From NCBI GenBank assembly GCA_017499595.2, contig CM039008.1:1860001-1924000 (forward strand): a DNA stretch of 64,000 bases, given 5' to 3'. Positions 37,512-50,075 of this stretch are shown here, one piece after another. The notes beneath the pieces are model-generated. The model was not told the origin of the DNA, did no database searches, and saw only the letters and a program-made list of their open reading frames with translations. The translations under genes and the position numbers were made by a program. Numbering within the stretch: position 1 is the first letter of the stretch; the number at the start of each line of letters is the position of its first letter. The DNA comes from Psilocybe cubensis (Eukaryota).

Positions 37512-39275
37512 TTACGCACTCCCTTCCCCCGCATGCACCGCACGCGACTCACGAAGCATGGAAAAGGGAGAATCTTCATCATCTGAATCTTCTCCAACTT
37601 CAGTTGTGACCGGTCCATTAGGGAATACCATACTGCATATAACAGATCAACAAAATTCTCAGAATTAAAGATATTAAACTCACTCGTTCCACCATTTCAA
37701 GAGTTCTGTGATGTGCTTTTTGTGCTCCTCTGAATGCTGGCGTGTATCTTCAAAATAATCCACAACAAAGTTGTAGAGACGACTAAAGTTGATGTAATAA
37801 TATTCATCTTGCCATTGAGTTGCGTCGGTAAGATTAAATATCAACTAGAATAATAATTGAGTAATTATAAACAATAAAGAAGTGATAAAAACTCACAATG
37901 ACCGCAGCATATGCAATTGTGCGAGGGGTTACACGTCCATCCAACCCGATAATAGCCGCAACAGACCTTTTTGTTGCCTTCCGAGACCGACGAAAATTGG
38001 CCAGACGCATGGCACCAACACCCACTGTATCATCGGGATGAAAGGCTTCCGCTGATGCCGGGCCAGTGAATAGGGCACAGTAAGTCTTTGAACGATACAT
38101 TAAATTCTGTTATATTAAGGATGGTATGCAACGTACCTTGACTAAGAGTGTACTTCTCAAAAACAGATAGTCGAGGGAATGGCCATCTAAACAATGATTT
38201 CGAGGATACAATGCACCCAAGAAACATGTTTTTCGGAGACGCGGTTTCAAGTCTACATCACCAGCACACACCTTGGCCCTAACACTAAAAAATGAATAGA
38301 GATCAGAAGGGTGATACTTTGATAAATTACAACATACATTTCGTTTGACCAGTCATGCATAATAGGACAAAGCAACCGGCCAGTGATTGTGTTTTGAAGG
38401 CCTCGCTGATCCCTGCTCTTTGTGAAAAAATGCTGGCTTGGGTTGTACATTTGGTTCAGAAATGTAGCGACTTCTTCCTTCATACGGCGTACATTGTCGG
38501 ATCGTGCAGCATTTCCCTTTTTTTCAACATTACGAAGAAAGGCTAAATTGTCAGACTTGACTCGCCAGTCAAACGTAGGGCTGAGAATTGGGCGCAGAGT
38601 TGGAACGTAACTGAGCAGTAGTTTGAAGCTTTGAAAGTTACGAATGTGGCTAAAAACAAAGTCAATGTAGCGGCTGTAAAGCAAAAAAGAAGAGCACGTA
38701 CTTGGTAATCTGGCTAGCAGTCATGCTGAGTGTCTCCGGGTCCAAATGATGCACATCCTGGGCAAGATGAAGAGTTTCAATACTATCAAACAATGAAACA
38801 GCCTTTCGAAGGCAACGTCCTTCCGCATGGCCATCCGAATCATCCCTAAACATTAGCAGGAGTTTTAAAATATACAATGACAATACTTACTGCAACGCAG
38901 CCCATGGACGATGCCTTTTTGCTCCAAGCTTGGCCGTCAGATCCTCATTTAATCTTTTAAGACTAGACACTTCAGCCCTCAGTTGCAAGCGAGTGGGTGA
39001 TTCCTGTGACTGTTGACTAGATGATGAGCCAGATGATGGTGGCTGGCCTGAATACGATGTCGGAAAGCTTGGTGGTAGTGGAGAGTGGCTATAAGGGTCA
39101 TGATGTTCTCGAGACCCATGCGGCCCACGGATTGGCGTTGATCCTGGTGCTCCACCTGTCAAGTAACACAAAAACATTAAAGAGAGAATAGATAAGAACA
39201 CAGTGCAAGCCATTGCATACCGTAATCATCAAGTGGGTCTCTTCCTCGATGTCCTCCCCCATATCGACGGTCCAT
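37512..39275 (-). CDS. DUF6698-like basidiomycete protein (transposon cargo), multi-exon
   Basis: Motifs ARSDN, RGLQNTITGRLLCP, FLRSTLLVK, LFTGPASA, VTPRTIAYAAV, LYNFVVDYFE and ELLKWWNE. Start codon uncertain. Confidence 0.7.
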
Positions 39276-39755
39276 GCTATACAGGATAGGATGATGAAAG
39301 ATAAAATTTTGTATTGGTTTTAAACCGATAGAAACAGGAGTAGCCATAGGCTTGGCCTTGGGTGCGGAAGGTGGGAAATGATTAACATTCTATGGAAATT
39401 TTCTACGCCACTTACTGCAGTGTGTTTCTGGGCTCAAAAACCTCTGTGCCAACGTGGATAAAGCCATAGAAAGAGACATAAAGGAGGAGAATAAAGAAAT
39501 AGATGAGGTGGCAAGGTGGTAGTAATGAATCAACAATCTGTAGTGTGACAATCGTCTGAGATCCACACTGTGGGAACAAAATTGATGGCTGAAAATTACA
39601 CCATTTGAAGACGTAGCCAAGCTTGGATAAATTTCTCCTTTAAATCTACATTCTAGCATCGTAATTCCATTCTAACATCGCAATTGCACGAATATCTACT
39701 ACACAAAACCACACATAACCCACAGAGGCAGGCATGCCCCGGGGAATCTCCACCA

Positions 39756-40603
39756 ATGTCTATCCAGTCATTCTTTCTTCTCGAACTCGAACAATACGTG
39801 ACGAGGTTATTGAAAGCTCCCAAGTTGAAGAATGCGAGGTAAGCATTTTAAAATTTGTGTAAAAAGGAAAAACTTTACTTACTTTAATGAGTGTATACAG
39901 TTGCACATACCACCTGCTTCTGTAGGAGATGACTTTGACATTCACAGCGAGATGGGGCCAGCTGTAGTTGCTGATTGCTCAATAACTAGCAATACTTTGG
40001 ATAGTGATGACGGAATTGTTATCTTTGAAGACCATTCAAACGGAGCTGTTGAGAGAGCCGTTGAGGAGGAAGATGAGATCAACAGATCTATTGAGAGAGT
40101 TGTCGAGGAGGAAAGTCAGCTAACTGTCGATTGGTCGGAAGAGTCAATGGAACGTCACATGGCCAATCTGTTTGGCCTCGATACTCAAGAACACATGGCA
40201 CAGTTATCTCAGGAAATTCGCGAAGCTGTGGAGCAAGAGATGGCTGCAAATTGTATCAATACTGGCAAGTTATAGATTTGTTTCGTTACATACCGATTCA
40301 TTGATCACTGATATGTGTCAACTTCTAGCTTCTGCATGCTCCATGGACCCAGCACAAGCTAGCGAAACTGAAAACAAGTCAGATCACAATAATCAGAGAC
40401 CAAAAATCATACCGATTTATCATTTCACACCCGTCGACTTCCCTGAACCACCCGCGCCATTACGCCTTGGGACTCCACGATGCAATGCGGGCAAAGCGGC
40501 GCGTAAAGCTCGAAAAATAGCGGCTGAGATTGCTACATTGGAAGGTGTCTTGAATGACTTGCGCAAGCGCCATAGACGCTACTTGAGGGAATCATACCTG
40601 TAG
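39756..40603 (+). CDS. hypothetical cargo protein (acidic middle, basic coiled C-terminus), about 3 exons
   Basis: MSIQSFFLLELEQYVTRLL.. / LHIPPASVGDD..EQEMAA / ..ARKARKIAAEIATLEGVLNDLRKRHRRYL*, with plausible GT-AG/GC-AG introns. No family recognised. Confidence 0.45.
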
Positions 40604-40838
40604 ATAAAATGGGCTGGTCAGTACATACTGTAGCAAACAAAAAGCTTGTACAAACCAAAGCGTGTTATTTCTCCTTCCTACTAAGTCGGTTGAGCCTGAG
40701 CCGAAGCAGCAGCAGAAATGTTGTATCTGCCTTGACGGCCTGTCTGCATCGATAAGGCGTTATGGTTGTCAATACTTGTCGACTCCGAAACTATGTCGTA
40801 ATTGCAGCTCCCACATCCGCACACACGCCAGCACCCGA

Positions 40839-40925
40839 GTCAACCCTTTTTCCGCAAAACACAATGGGAATGCTCTTGCAGACGCGCTCGAGATTGCGAT
40901 GCCAGTGAGGGACGTTTTTGTAGGT
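40839..40925 (-). pseudogene. captured fragment of a Ran GTPase (GSP1/spi1) gene
   Basis: [29 protein letters not shown] compared with the Ran consensus TYKNVPNWHRDLxRVCENIPIVLCGNKVD. Confidence 0.8.
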
Positions 40926-41009
40926 GAGTGAGTATGAATGGAGGTGGCACGGGGGTTGATGACGAACTGAGTGGGTTTGGCGGTGCAATGGGTGGTGTGC
41001 ATGGCGAGC

Positions 41010-42290
41010 CGATACAAACTATCCGAAGACCCCAACCAAAAGGTCATCCTAGACGGCAAACGCGAGTGACGGTTCAGGGCTGGTTCAGGGCTGGCCTTGG
41101 CCTCCTCGACGGTGGCGTCAACCTCTTCGATGTAAGATAGCAAACACGAGCAATGGTTCAGGGCTGGCCTTGGCCTATGAGTGGTGTGCATGGCGAGGAG
41201 GAGTGGGGTGCAGGTGTGCAGGGCTAGGGATGGATGGAAGGCGAGGCGAGATGGGTATGCAACATACCAACTATCCGATACGAACTATCCGAAGACCCCA
41301 ACCAAAAGGTCATCCTAGACGGCAAACGCGAGCGACGGTTCCGTTCGCAACACCCCCCTCTTCAATGTAAGACGGCAAACGTGAGCAATGGTTCAGGGCT
41401 GGCCTTGGCCTCCTCGACGGTGGCGTCGACCTCAGCCTTGGCCTTCCTGTCAAGCTGCTTAAGCTCCTGCTCGTTTGCAACACCCCACTCTTCGATGTAT
41501 TTCTGGAGACTACAGATGGGGTCCTGGGTAGAACGCATACGCTGGACTTCCTCACGGGTACGGTAGGTGGTTCCTGGGTCGAACATGCTGTGGAGTTGGG
41601 TCAGAAAGCAGTTTACATGAGGTAATTTGGTAAACGCACGAGTGTCCTCCATAGCGGTATGTCACGAATTCAAGGAGAAGAGGACCATTCTGGTTGTCGA
41701 CAGTCCACTTCCTGGCATACTCAACAGCATGCTTGGTGGCGAGAATATCCATTCTGTTAACCTATTACAACAGATGAACAAATGAGCATCAGTGCAATGA
41801 ACACATACGGGAGAAGCAAGAACCACGGAACGGTAAACCTACCTGGAGACCAGGGATTTTGTCACCGCGCTTAAAGTACTCGGTGTTGGAGGACGAGCGG
41901 GCGGCAGAGGTACCCATACCCGTACTTGTTGTTTTCACATACAAAGACAGTGGGCAAGTTCCACAATTTGGCCTATAGAGATGCAATGTATTAAGGAAAC
42001 AGGAATATATGCGCAATTAATGAACGCACCATGTTGTAGGCTTCAAACACCTGTCCCCGGTTGCTGGCCCCATCATCATACAGAGCGAAAGTGCAGGTCT
42101 TCTCGCCCATGTACTTCTGGGCGAAGCTGACACCAGCACCATTGGGTACTTGAGCACCGACAATAGAAGGGATAAAGATGTGCATCAAACCACCCTTTCC
42201 AAGCGACATGCTGGCCTAGGGTGGCAGCGGTAGGTGGTGATGACACAGTCATCTTTGGTGATTCCGTGTTCAAGGCCAATTGCTGAACGG
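41010..42290 (-). pseudogene. PDA1: captured, degraded pyruvate dehydrogenase E1 alpha gene with introns and duplicated 3' pieces
   Basis: [93 protein letters not shown]. Shows internal deletions, a frameshift and GDG changed to DDG. Confidence 0.92.
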
Positions 42291-42776
42291 GATGCCACAC
42301 AAGATGTGCACGCAAGAGATGAGTAGATGCGGGTGAAATCCTGGAACAGAGAATGACGATGAGAGACGTGTCACGATGGGTGTATTGGACTGATACTCAC
42401 TACCACAACGGCTGCTGCTAAACTAAAGCACAGTGTAATGTCTGACTCGGAGGTGTCGTTCTAGGGTGATGAGAAGGGTGTGATGGAGCAGAATCCATGG
42501 CAGCAGAACCCTTGTTGTCCCCTCAGTCTCCCTGAAATCCCCAGCCCAGGGATGATCCATGGTTTTTCAGGGAAGCTGAGGGGTAAGAAGGGCACGGTGG
42601 CCATGTAGATCTGTGCAGTATGAAGAGAACAAACATGGAACTGGCGCAAGTTGCGCAAGTGACATGTCACATGACTTGAATGTGCGCGCGCGTCGAGTCG
42701 TTTATGCCTAATTTTCCTGCCTTGCTGCTTTATTGCTACTTATTCTACTCTTGCTGCACAGTAAAGCCTTGATCTT

Positions 42777-45700
42777 ATGGCCCAGTTCATATGTCCAGCC
42801 CCTGGTTGCCGTAAATCGTTGTCACGCCAAGTTGGCCTTACAATGCACATGAAATCGTGTCCGCATCTTCGCACCACACGCACACGCGCCCATTGCCACT
42901 CCGAATCGTATCAAACAAACGAGGATGAAGCACCATTTTCTGGATATGGAGATGAATCATTAGATCTGGGTCTTGAGTCCCCCAATCCACAACAAAGAAG
43001 GTCTCGGCGACTTGCTAATAGGAAACCTATGCAAAATATGGAGCCCATACCAATTGCACCACCACCTGCTGCCCCACACAATCCTCAGCCAGTACCTCGA
43101 TGTGTGATACTTCATGTTCTGGACCGTTATGACACTCCTATGGACACTTTTAGAGTGTGGAGACACTATCCTCGACGTCCTACCCGTGATCCTGATTTCT
43201 GTATTCGACCATCCGATCTCGCCAAACAGCCACCAATTATGCTCCTGCTACATACCGTTCAGGACACATTTCACTCATATATGGAAGGTCTAGCACCTAC
43301 AGTCCGTCGGTTAATGACCTGGGCAAATAACGGTCAAACAACCAAGTCTCATGAGCAAATAAATGAACTGGTTCATGATGTCTTGCTGGCAGACGATTTT
43401 AATCCAAAAGACCTCATTGACTTTGAGGCCCGAAACCAGAATGCAAAGTTGGATCAGGCCATAGCAGGTTCCGCCTTGCGAAGTCAATTTACAGAAAGCT
43501 CTGTCGACATTTTGGTTCCATCGGGCACAGTTAGCAGGCCGCCGGTGTCATACACAATTCCTGGTCTACTTCATCGGTCTATCACATTTATTATTTCGGA
43601 ATTCTTTACTGGCCCCCTTGGACATCTTGTCCACTACTCTCCTTTTGTTTTAAAGCAGCAGTCCGCCTCGAATCGTGAAGAACGGTTGTTTTCAGAGGTT
43701 TATAACTCTGATGCATTTCTTGAGGTACATGACTATATTCAGAAACATGGGCTCCTGCCACCGGGTCAGGAAGACTGCCAACTGGAGAGGGTTGTTGCCG
43801 CTGTTATGCCGCTATCAGATGCAACACATTTTACAAATTTTGGAAACGCAAAAGCATGGCCTATCTACCTGATGCTCGGAAACATTAGCAAATATGTTCG
43901 GGCCGTTCCTGGGTCAGGAGCATTGCAGCACCTTGCATATATCCCTTCAGTACGTGTTTGCATTCTGATATCTCTTTGACTATTTGCTCATATATTAGGC
44001 AATTAGCTTCCAGATTCATTTAAGGACTTTGCCGCTGAGCATAACACCAAATGGAAAACCCAAAAAAGCCAAATTCTCACTCACAGTCGCCGTGAGCTTA
44101 TGCATAGTATCTGGTGTCATCTCCTCGATGACGAATTTGTTTATGCATATAAATATGGCATGGTTATCCGCTGCATTGATGGGATCATGCGACGCATATA
44201 TCCACGCATTTTTACATATTCAGCAGACTATCCTGAAAAGTATGTGCAGTTAACTTGATAATACTCTAAAGTGCACTGAACAGGGCCAATTTCTAGAGTG
44301 CTTTTAGCAACTATTAGAGACAAAGGAATGTTTCCTTGTCCTCGTTGCATGGTACACCGGTCAAAACTTGATTTAATGGGTCTCTATCGAGATCTTCAAA
44401 CTCGAGTCAAGCAGCTGCGAACATTTATGGTAGAAAAGGTCAAAGCTGCTCGTGATCTTATATATCGACAGGGATACGGAATAAAGAGTCAGCAGGTTGA
44501 AGATCGGCTTCAGGAATTTTCGGGTGTACCAACCCAGGTATACAACCGTCTTTCTGTGCACAATCATATTTTAACATCAGAAACCTACAGAATGCATTTG
44601 TTGAGAGGCTCAATCTAGATCCGTCACCAATGCTAGCACCTGACATTCTTCACGAGTTTGAACTCGGAGTCTGGAAGTCATTGTTTACGCACCTTATACG
44701 TATTTTGTATGCTGCCTCAAAGGGGTCCGATGATCTAGTCAGTGAGCTGGACAAAAGGTATCTGCTACAGAATGGGCATTTTCAATGTAAACTGACGGGT
44801 ATGTTCTCCTTTTATAGATATCGTCTGCTCTCAACATTTGGTCAAGGTACCATACGAAACTTTTCAAACAATTCGTCAGAAATGAAGAAACTTGCCGGAC
44901 GTGATTTTGAGGATCTTCTCCAGGTAATATCATTCATTTTATATATAAATTGAGGTAGAACTGACAAAAGTGCAGTGCGCTGTTCCAGTCTTTGAAGGGC
45001 TACTTCCAGAAGCAGATGACTATCGCCTCAGAAAACTTCTCTATCGAACAGCTGAGTGGCATGGCTTGGCAAAGATGCGCATTCATACAGAAGGCACTTT
45101 AACAGAATTGGAAAAAGTTACCACAGAGTTGGGAAAACTGATGCGAGGCTTTCGTGACCTTACCTGCAGCCATTATGACACTCATGAACTGCCGCGAGAG
45201 ATTGAAGCACGTACTAGGCGTGAAGGGAGAAAATCAGCCCATGCTTCTACCGCAGCAGTACTACCAAGCTCATCTGAGGTATCAATACCTACCATAGTGC
45301 CCAAGCCAACTCGTAAACCCATCAAATTGAACCTTTTTACTATCAAGTGGCACTTCTTAGGCGATTACGTGGAATATATTCGTCGCTTTGGTACAACTGA
45401 TTCATATTCAACACAATTAGTATGCTTCAATTTCAGACATCTATAATCATTACTGACTAGAAAATTATGGCAGGGAGAACTGGCTCATCGTCTCATCAAG
45501 TCTTTCTACCGCCTGACCAACAAAAAGGATGCAAACAAGCAAATTTCAAAGAAGTATAACCGTATGAATGCTTTACAATCGGTTGATGCTAGTCAGATCA
45601 AATCTGAGAAGAATGAAGCTGACGCAGCTGCTCAAGACAACAAAACTCACTACATCTCTAAATCCCAGAATCAACGTGTCCCAATTTTTTTCATTTATTG

Positions 45701-46689
45701 CGGACAAAGATCCTGCTAAAGTGGTACGATAATTGGGTTTTTAATACCACTAGCTGTTTGACAATCATATTTGTTCTTAGAACTTCCTACCAAAACTGCA
45801 AAATCATTTGCTAGCCCGCCTGTTAGGACAGAAATTCGATGGCGACACTGATGAAATGTTTACAAATGAAGATCGGTATACAGTGCGTATCGTCAACAAT
45901 ACTATGTATCGTGTCAACACACTGCGCGTCAACTTTACTACATACGACATGCAACGCTCATACGACACAGTCTCACGGAACCAACCATTTATAATGCTTC
46001 ACTCACCCGAGACGGAGCCTGGTACTCATCCATTCTGGTATGCCTCAGTAATGGGAGTGTTTCACGCCCAGGTCCAGCATATTGGCCCATTATCAACTGA
46101 TCTTGCCCCCCAACGGATGGAGTTTTTGTGGGTTCGCTGGCTGGGCATAGAGCCAGGTTACAAGTTTGGCCGCAAACAGGCCAAATTGCCCAAAGTTGGA
46201 TTTGTGCCAGATTGTGACGAAATGGCATATGGATTTTTGGACCCGTCTCTTGTTATTCGGGGCTGTCACCTTTTGCCATCCTTTGTTGATGGTCGAACAA
46301 ACAATTTGCTTACCATCACCACTCCAACAGAAGCACGATGCATTGGCGAAACTGATGATTGGTGCAACTACTATATCGGAATGTAAGTAAAGGTTTCTGA
46401 TTTCCATGCATTATATTGAAGATATGATTGCAGTTTTGTTGACCGTGACATGCTTTCTCGTCATTTCGGGACTGGAGTTGGACACACAAACCGCACCGGT
46501 GCTGCTGATATTGACGACCATGACAATGATGACGATGATGAGACAATGGAAGATTGCTCTGGGATGGGAGAATTTGATAGCATGGTTGAAGTGGACACCA
46601 ATTCAAGTGACGAGTCGGAGAGTGGGGGTGAAAATTCGGAATCAGATACTGATCTGAGTGAAGGAGATAACGGATACGATGACCTGTAG
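42777..46689 (+). CDS. Plavaka transposase with N-terminal C2H2-like zinc finger, multi-exon, one apparent frameshift
   Basis: CPAPGC..HMKSC, EVYNSDAF, SDATHFTNFGNAKAWPIYLMLGNISKY, YPRIFTYSADYPEK, CPRC, PDILHEFELGVWK, KWHFLGDY..FGTTDSYSTQ/GELAHR, HPFWYA, FLWVRW. Confidence 0.88.
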
Positions 46690-47890
46690 CCTGGGATAAT
46701 TTCATGCGTGTATTTTGCACAATCGTTACATCTCAAATGAGTAGTACGTTGAGTTCAGAGTTGACCGAGCTTCTATGACGCAATCCTTCGACTCGCCTTT
46801 GAACATGGCTCCGGTATGACATCATAAAAGCTCAGGTGTCGATGCTTATAATTTGTTACCATTATTACCTCTAAGCGGCCGTTTAAACATAATAATGATT
46901 CCTACTTTACAGTTATGCAGTATAGATGACAAGACATGACCAGATTGTTATAATTCTGGCAGCTGAATGATGTGGTGGATATAATGACAATATCATCATG
47001 ATATTCCAATGATAATGTGGCGGTCAGCATTTCATCACATTATAACACACTGTCTGTATGATCATCACTGATAATTTGAAATCAGTGAGATTTTCACCAG
47101 ATATGGCATCATAACGCCCAAATAATTATGGCAATACGCTACAGGTAATGTATTTGCTGTCGTATTTTCCCAGAATCCCTGATGTCACTCGCATGTTAGT
47201 AAGGAGTGGTAGATGCCCACCCGTGCATTTTTTCAACAACAGCGGTATTTATAGACACTGTAAAATGCTGAAATGGACAATAATGGCTAATGAGGAGAGA
47301 AACATCTTCTAGCGGCTGCCGTCAGCCGATCCGACGAGTTAGAAGATAGATTACATCCAGCGGAGCACTCCACCTTATCGATATCGTTTACCCTGATGCT
47401 ATCGGTGCCCGAATGGTCATGCAATCTTATAAGCGGTTATTTTGATTGATTGAAGATCATGTCCTCAACGAGTCCCACCTAGCTCAATACGAAAACGTAT
47501 CACATTCGATGAACGGGCATTTTACGAGGCCAACCAGATGGAAAATCAATTAATGAGGTATAACTATTTCTAACATTTCTTAAACTTTTGTAAAAAAAAA
47601 AAAAGATGAAATGCTACTTTGAACAGTAACTCGAACAGACGCAGAATAGGAGTTCTCTATTTCAATCTATTTCTCCCACCTTATCGCGCGGCTGTAGTTT
47701 TTGTGGGATTATGGTACGTACTCTGAGTGTTTCGTTTTACGGAGCAATGTTCACGTATGCGCACTCAGGTATATTATTACTTCTAATTTCCTAGTCTTAT
47801 TTTAGCACCTCACGTATCACCACCGAAGAAGCGGTCTGATAAATCCTATAAAAACCCTTAATATTCACTACATGAAAAAGTCACCCCACC

Positions 47891-50075
47891 ATGACCATCA
47901 TTACTGAATTGACGACACTGGTTGCAACGTACCCCGTATACGCGACCGTAATCGGGGCACTCGCGTATACTCTCGTGGTCAAGAAGTTGCCGTGGAAATG
48001 GCTTAATCGCAACCCAAAGAGACTCCCATCTCCTCCGGGTCCCAAAGGCTACCCTTTGATTGGTAGTGTTTTTGAAATGCCAACTGAACGGTCATGGATT
48101 GTGTATGACCAATGGTTTAAGAAATATGGTAATGATTTACAAAACTCTCCCAGCGCTACAGTAACATTTCACTTATAGGCGACATGGTTTACTTTGAGGC
48201 TCTTGGACAACCCTTTCTTGTTCTAGGCTCCTTGAAAAGGACAGGCGACTTGCTCGAAAAGAGGTCTTCAAAATATTCCGACAGACTTTGGTTGCCTATG
48301 CTTATCGAACTGTAAAACACACAATGTTTTACTATAAAATCTGTTGTTTCTTAACTGATTCCCTTTCAAATAGCATGGAATCTGATTTCAACTTCGGCAT
48401 GCTACCCTATGGGCAATGGTGGAGACGACACAGAAGATCGTTCAAGGACCACTTCAATCCAGAAGCTATCGTCAACTACCGACCGATACAATTGCGTTCT
48501 GCCCGATCGTTCCTGCACCGACTTCTTATATCGCCTGAGCGTTTTTTGGACCACATTACACAGTATGTAAAGTCAAATTTTGGCTTGCAGGGTTCAAGAA
48601 TTTTATTCCGTTCTTCAGCACTTTTGGTGCTACGATCATGAGTGTGGCGTATGGTATCACAGTGAAGGAATCTGGTGATCCATATCTGGCGACTGGGCAT
48701 GAGTCCCAGAAAGGGGCAGCGGCAGCGGGTATTCCTGGCTCATTTTTGGTTGATATGGTCCCCGCTCTGAAGTATGTTCCTTCGTGGTTCCCTGGCGCTG
48801 GTTTCAAGAAAAAGGCTGCCCATTGGAGACAAGCGAATCAAGACCTTGCCCGGATACCGTTTAAATACGTTGAACAACAGATGGTTGGAAACATCACTCC
48901 ATCTGGAAGCTTTGATTCACTGAATGACATTCTGGTGGGCAGGAAAATGGAACAGCCGTGCCCTGTGTGGCTACTAAATTGATCGAAAAGCTGCCTGACA
49001 AGAGCGATCCAAAATACGCAGAGGAACGCAAACTTGCTGAAGATGTTGCAGCTGTGTCATATGTTGGTATGTCTTCGTCCATCATTTTTGATCGAATGTT
49101 TCATGGAAATCCTGATGATACGTCAGGTGGGGCGGATACCGTAAGTCACCCAACGCCTGAGTTTATTATTTTTCCTGAGCAAAAAGTCCATTCGCGCCTT
49201 ATAGACCATATCGACCGTTCAGGCTTTCTTTATGGCAATGGCACTGTACCCTGAAGCTCAGAAGAAAGCCCAGGCTCAGCTAGACTCAGTTCTTGGTGGT
49301 AAACGTCTCCCGGATTTTAACGACCGACCTTCTCTGCCCTACATAAATGCTATGATTAAAGAGAGCTTGCGTTGGAATCAAGTTGCGCCGCTAGGTACTG
49401 TACCCACTGCTATGCTTTTTCATATGGAAATTGTATAATTTATACAACAACTATACAGCCGTTGCTCATGTGTCCTCGGAAGACGATGAGTACGATGGGT
49501 ATTTCATTCCCCGTGGTACTATTGTAATGGGGAACGGATGGTATGTCTCCGTCTACTACAACTCGGTCATATATCCTAATGATAAATACGTATCACAGGA
49601 CCATTTTGCATGATCCGGAAGAATTTCAGGATCCCTACACATATAACCCTGACAGATATTTAAAGGATGGGCAGCTTAACCCTAATGTAAGGGGCCCCGA
49701 AGCCGCCGCCTTTGGTTTCGGACGACGGTGAGGAGATATTTTTTTAATGATGACAACAACAGATTATGGGTTAATCTCACCTTCGGTAGCATGTGCCCTG
49801 GAAGGCACATGAACGATAGCGGACTCTACTGTCTGTTTTCATCCATTCTGTCGGTGTTCGATATTAAACCACCCGTCGATGAATCCGGAAACCCCGTACA
49901 GCTCAAACCAGAATTCACTAGTGGTATGCTTTCGTGAGTGATTGTACCTTCACGTAATTCGCTCAGCTTAATCACGCTACACCTCAGATATCCGGTTCCC
50001 TTTAAATGTATCATCACGCCTAGAAGTCCTGCAGCCGCGGCCTTGATTCGAGAAGGAATTGAAATGAACCACTAG
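47891..50075 (+). CDS. cytochrome P450 (CYP64-clan / OrdA-like basidiomycete type)
   Basis: N-terminal anchor plus PPGPKGYPLIG, WRRHRR, GGADT micro-exon, KESLR, NPDRYL and heme motif FGFGRR/MCPG. TAG at 50073-50075. Confidence 0.95.

Larger units (their letters stand above)
37098..47184 (+). mobile_element. Plavaka (CACTA/CMC-related) DNA transposon with cargo, ~10.1 kb
   Basis: CATCAGAGATTTAGGGAAAAT (37098-37118) matches the reverse complement of 47164-47184 (CATCAGGGATTCTGGGAAAAT) at 18/21. TC flanks both ends. Plavaka transposase lies inside. Confidence 0.72.

Noticed and set aside
40662-40931. CCICLDG...CRNC ORF resembling a RING finger
   Set aside because: Ligand spacing is incomplete, it has a non-ATG start, and it overlaps the Ran fragment on the opposite strand.
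37040-47208. Alternative CACT-type Plavaka ends (CCTTCCTTAAT / AGTAAGGAGTG)
   Set aside because: Only an 8/11 match with no TSD, weaker than the 18/21 TIR pair.
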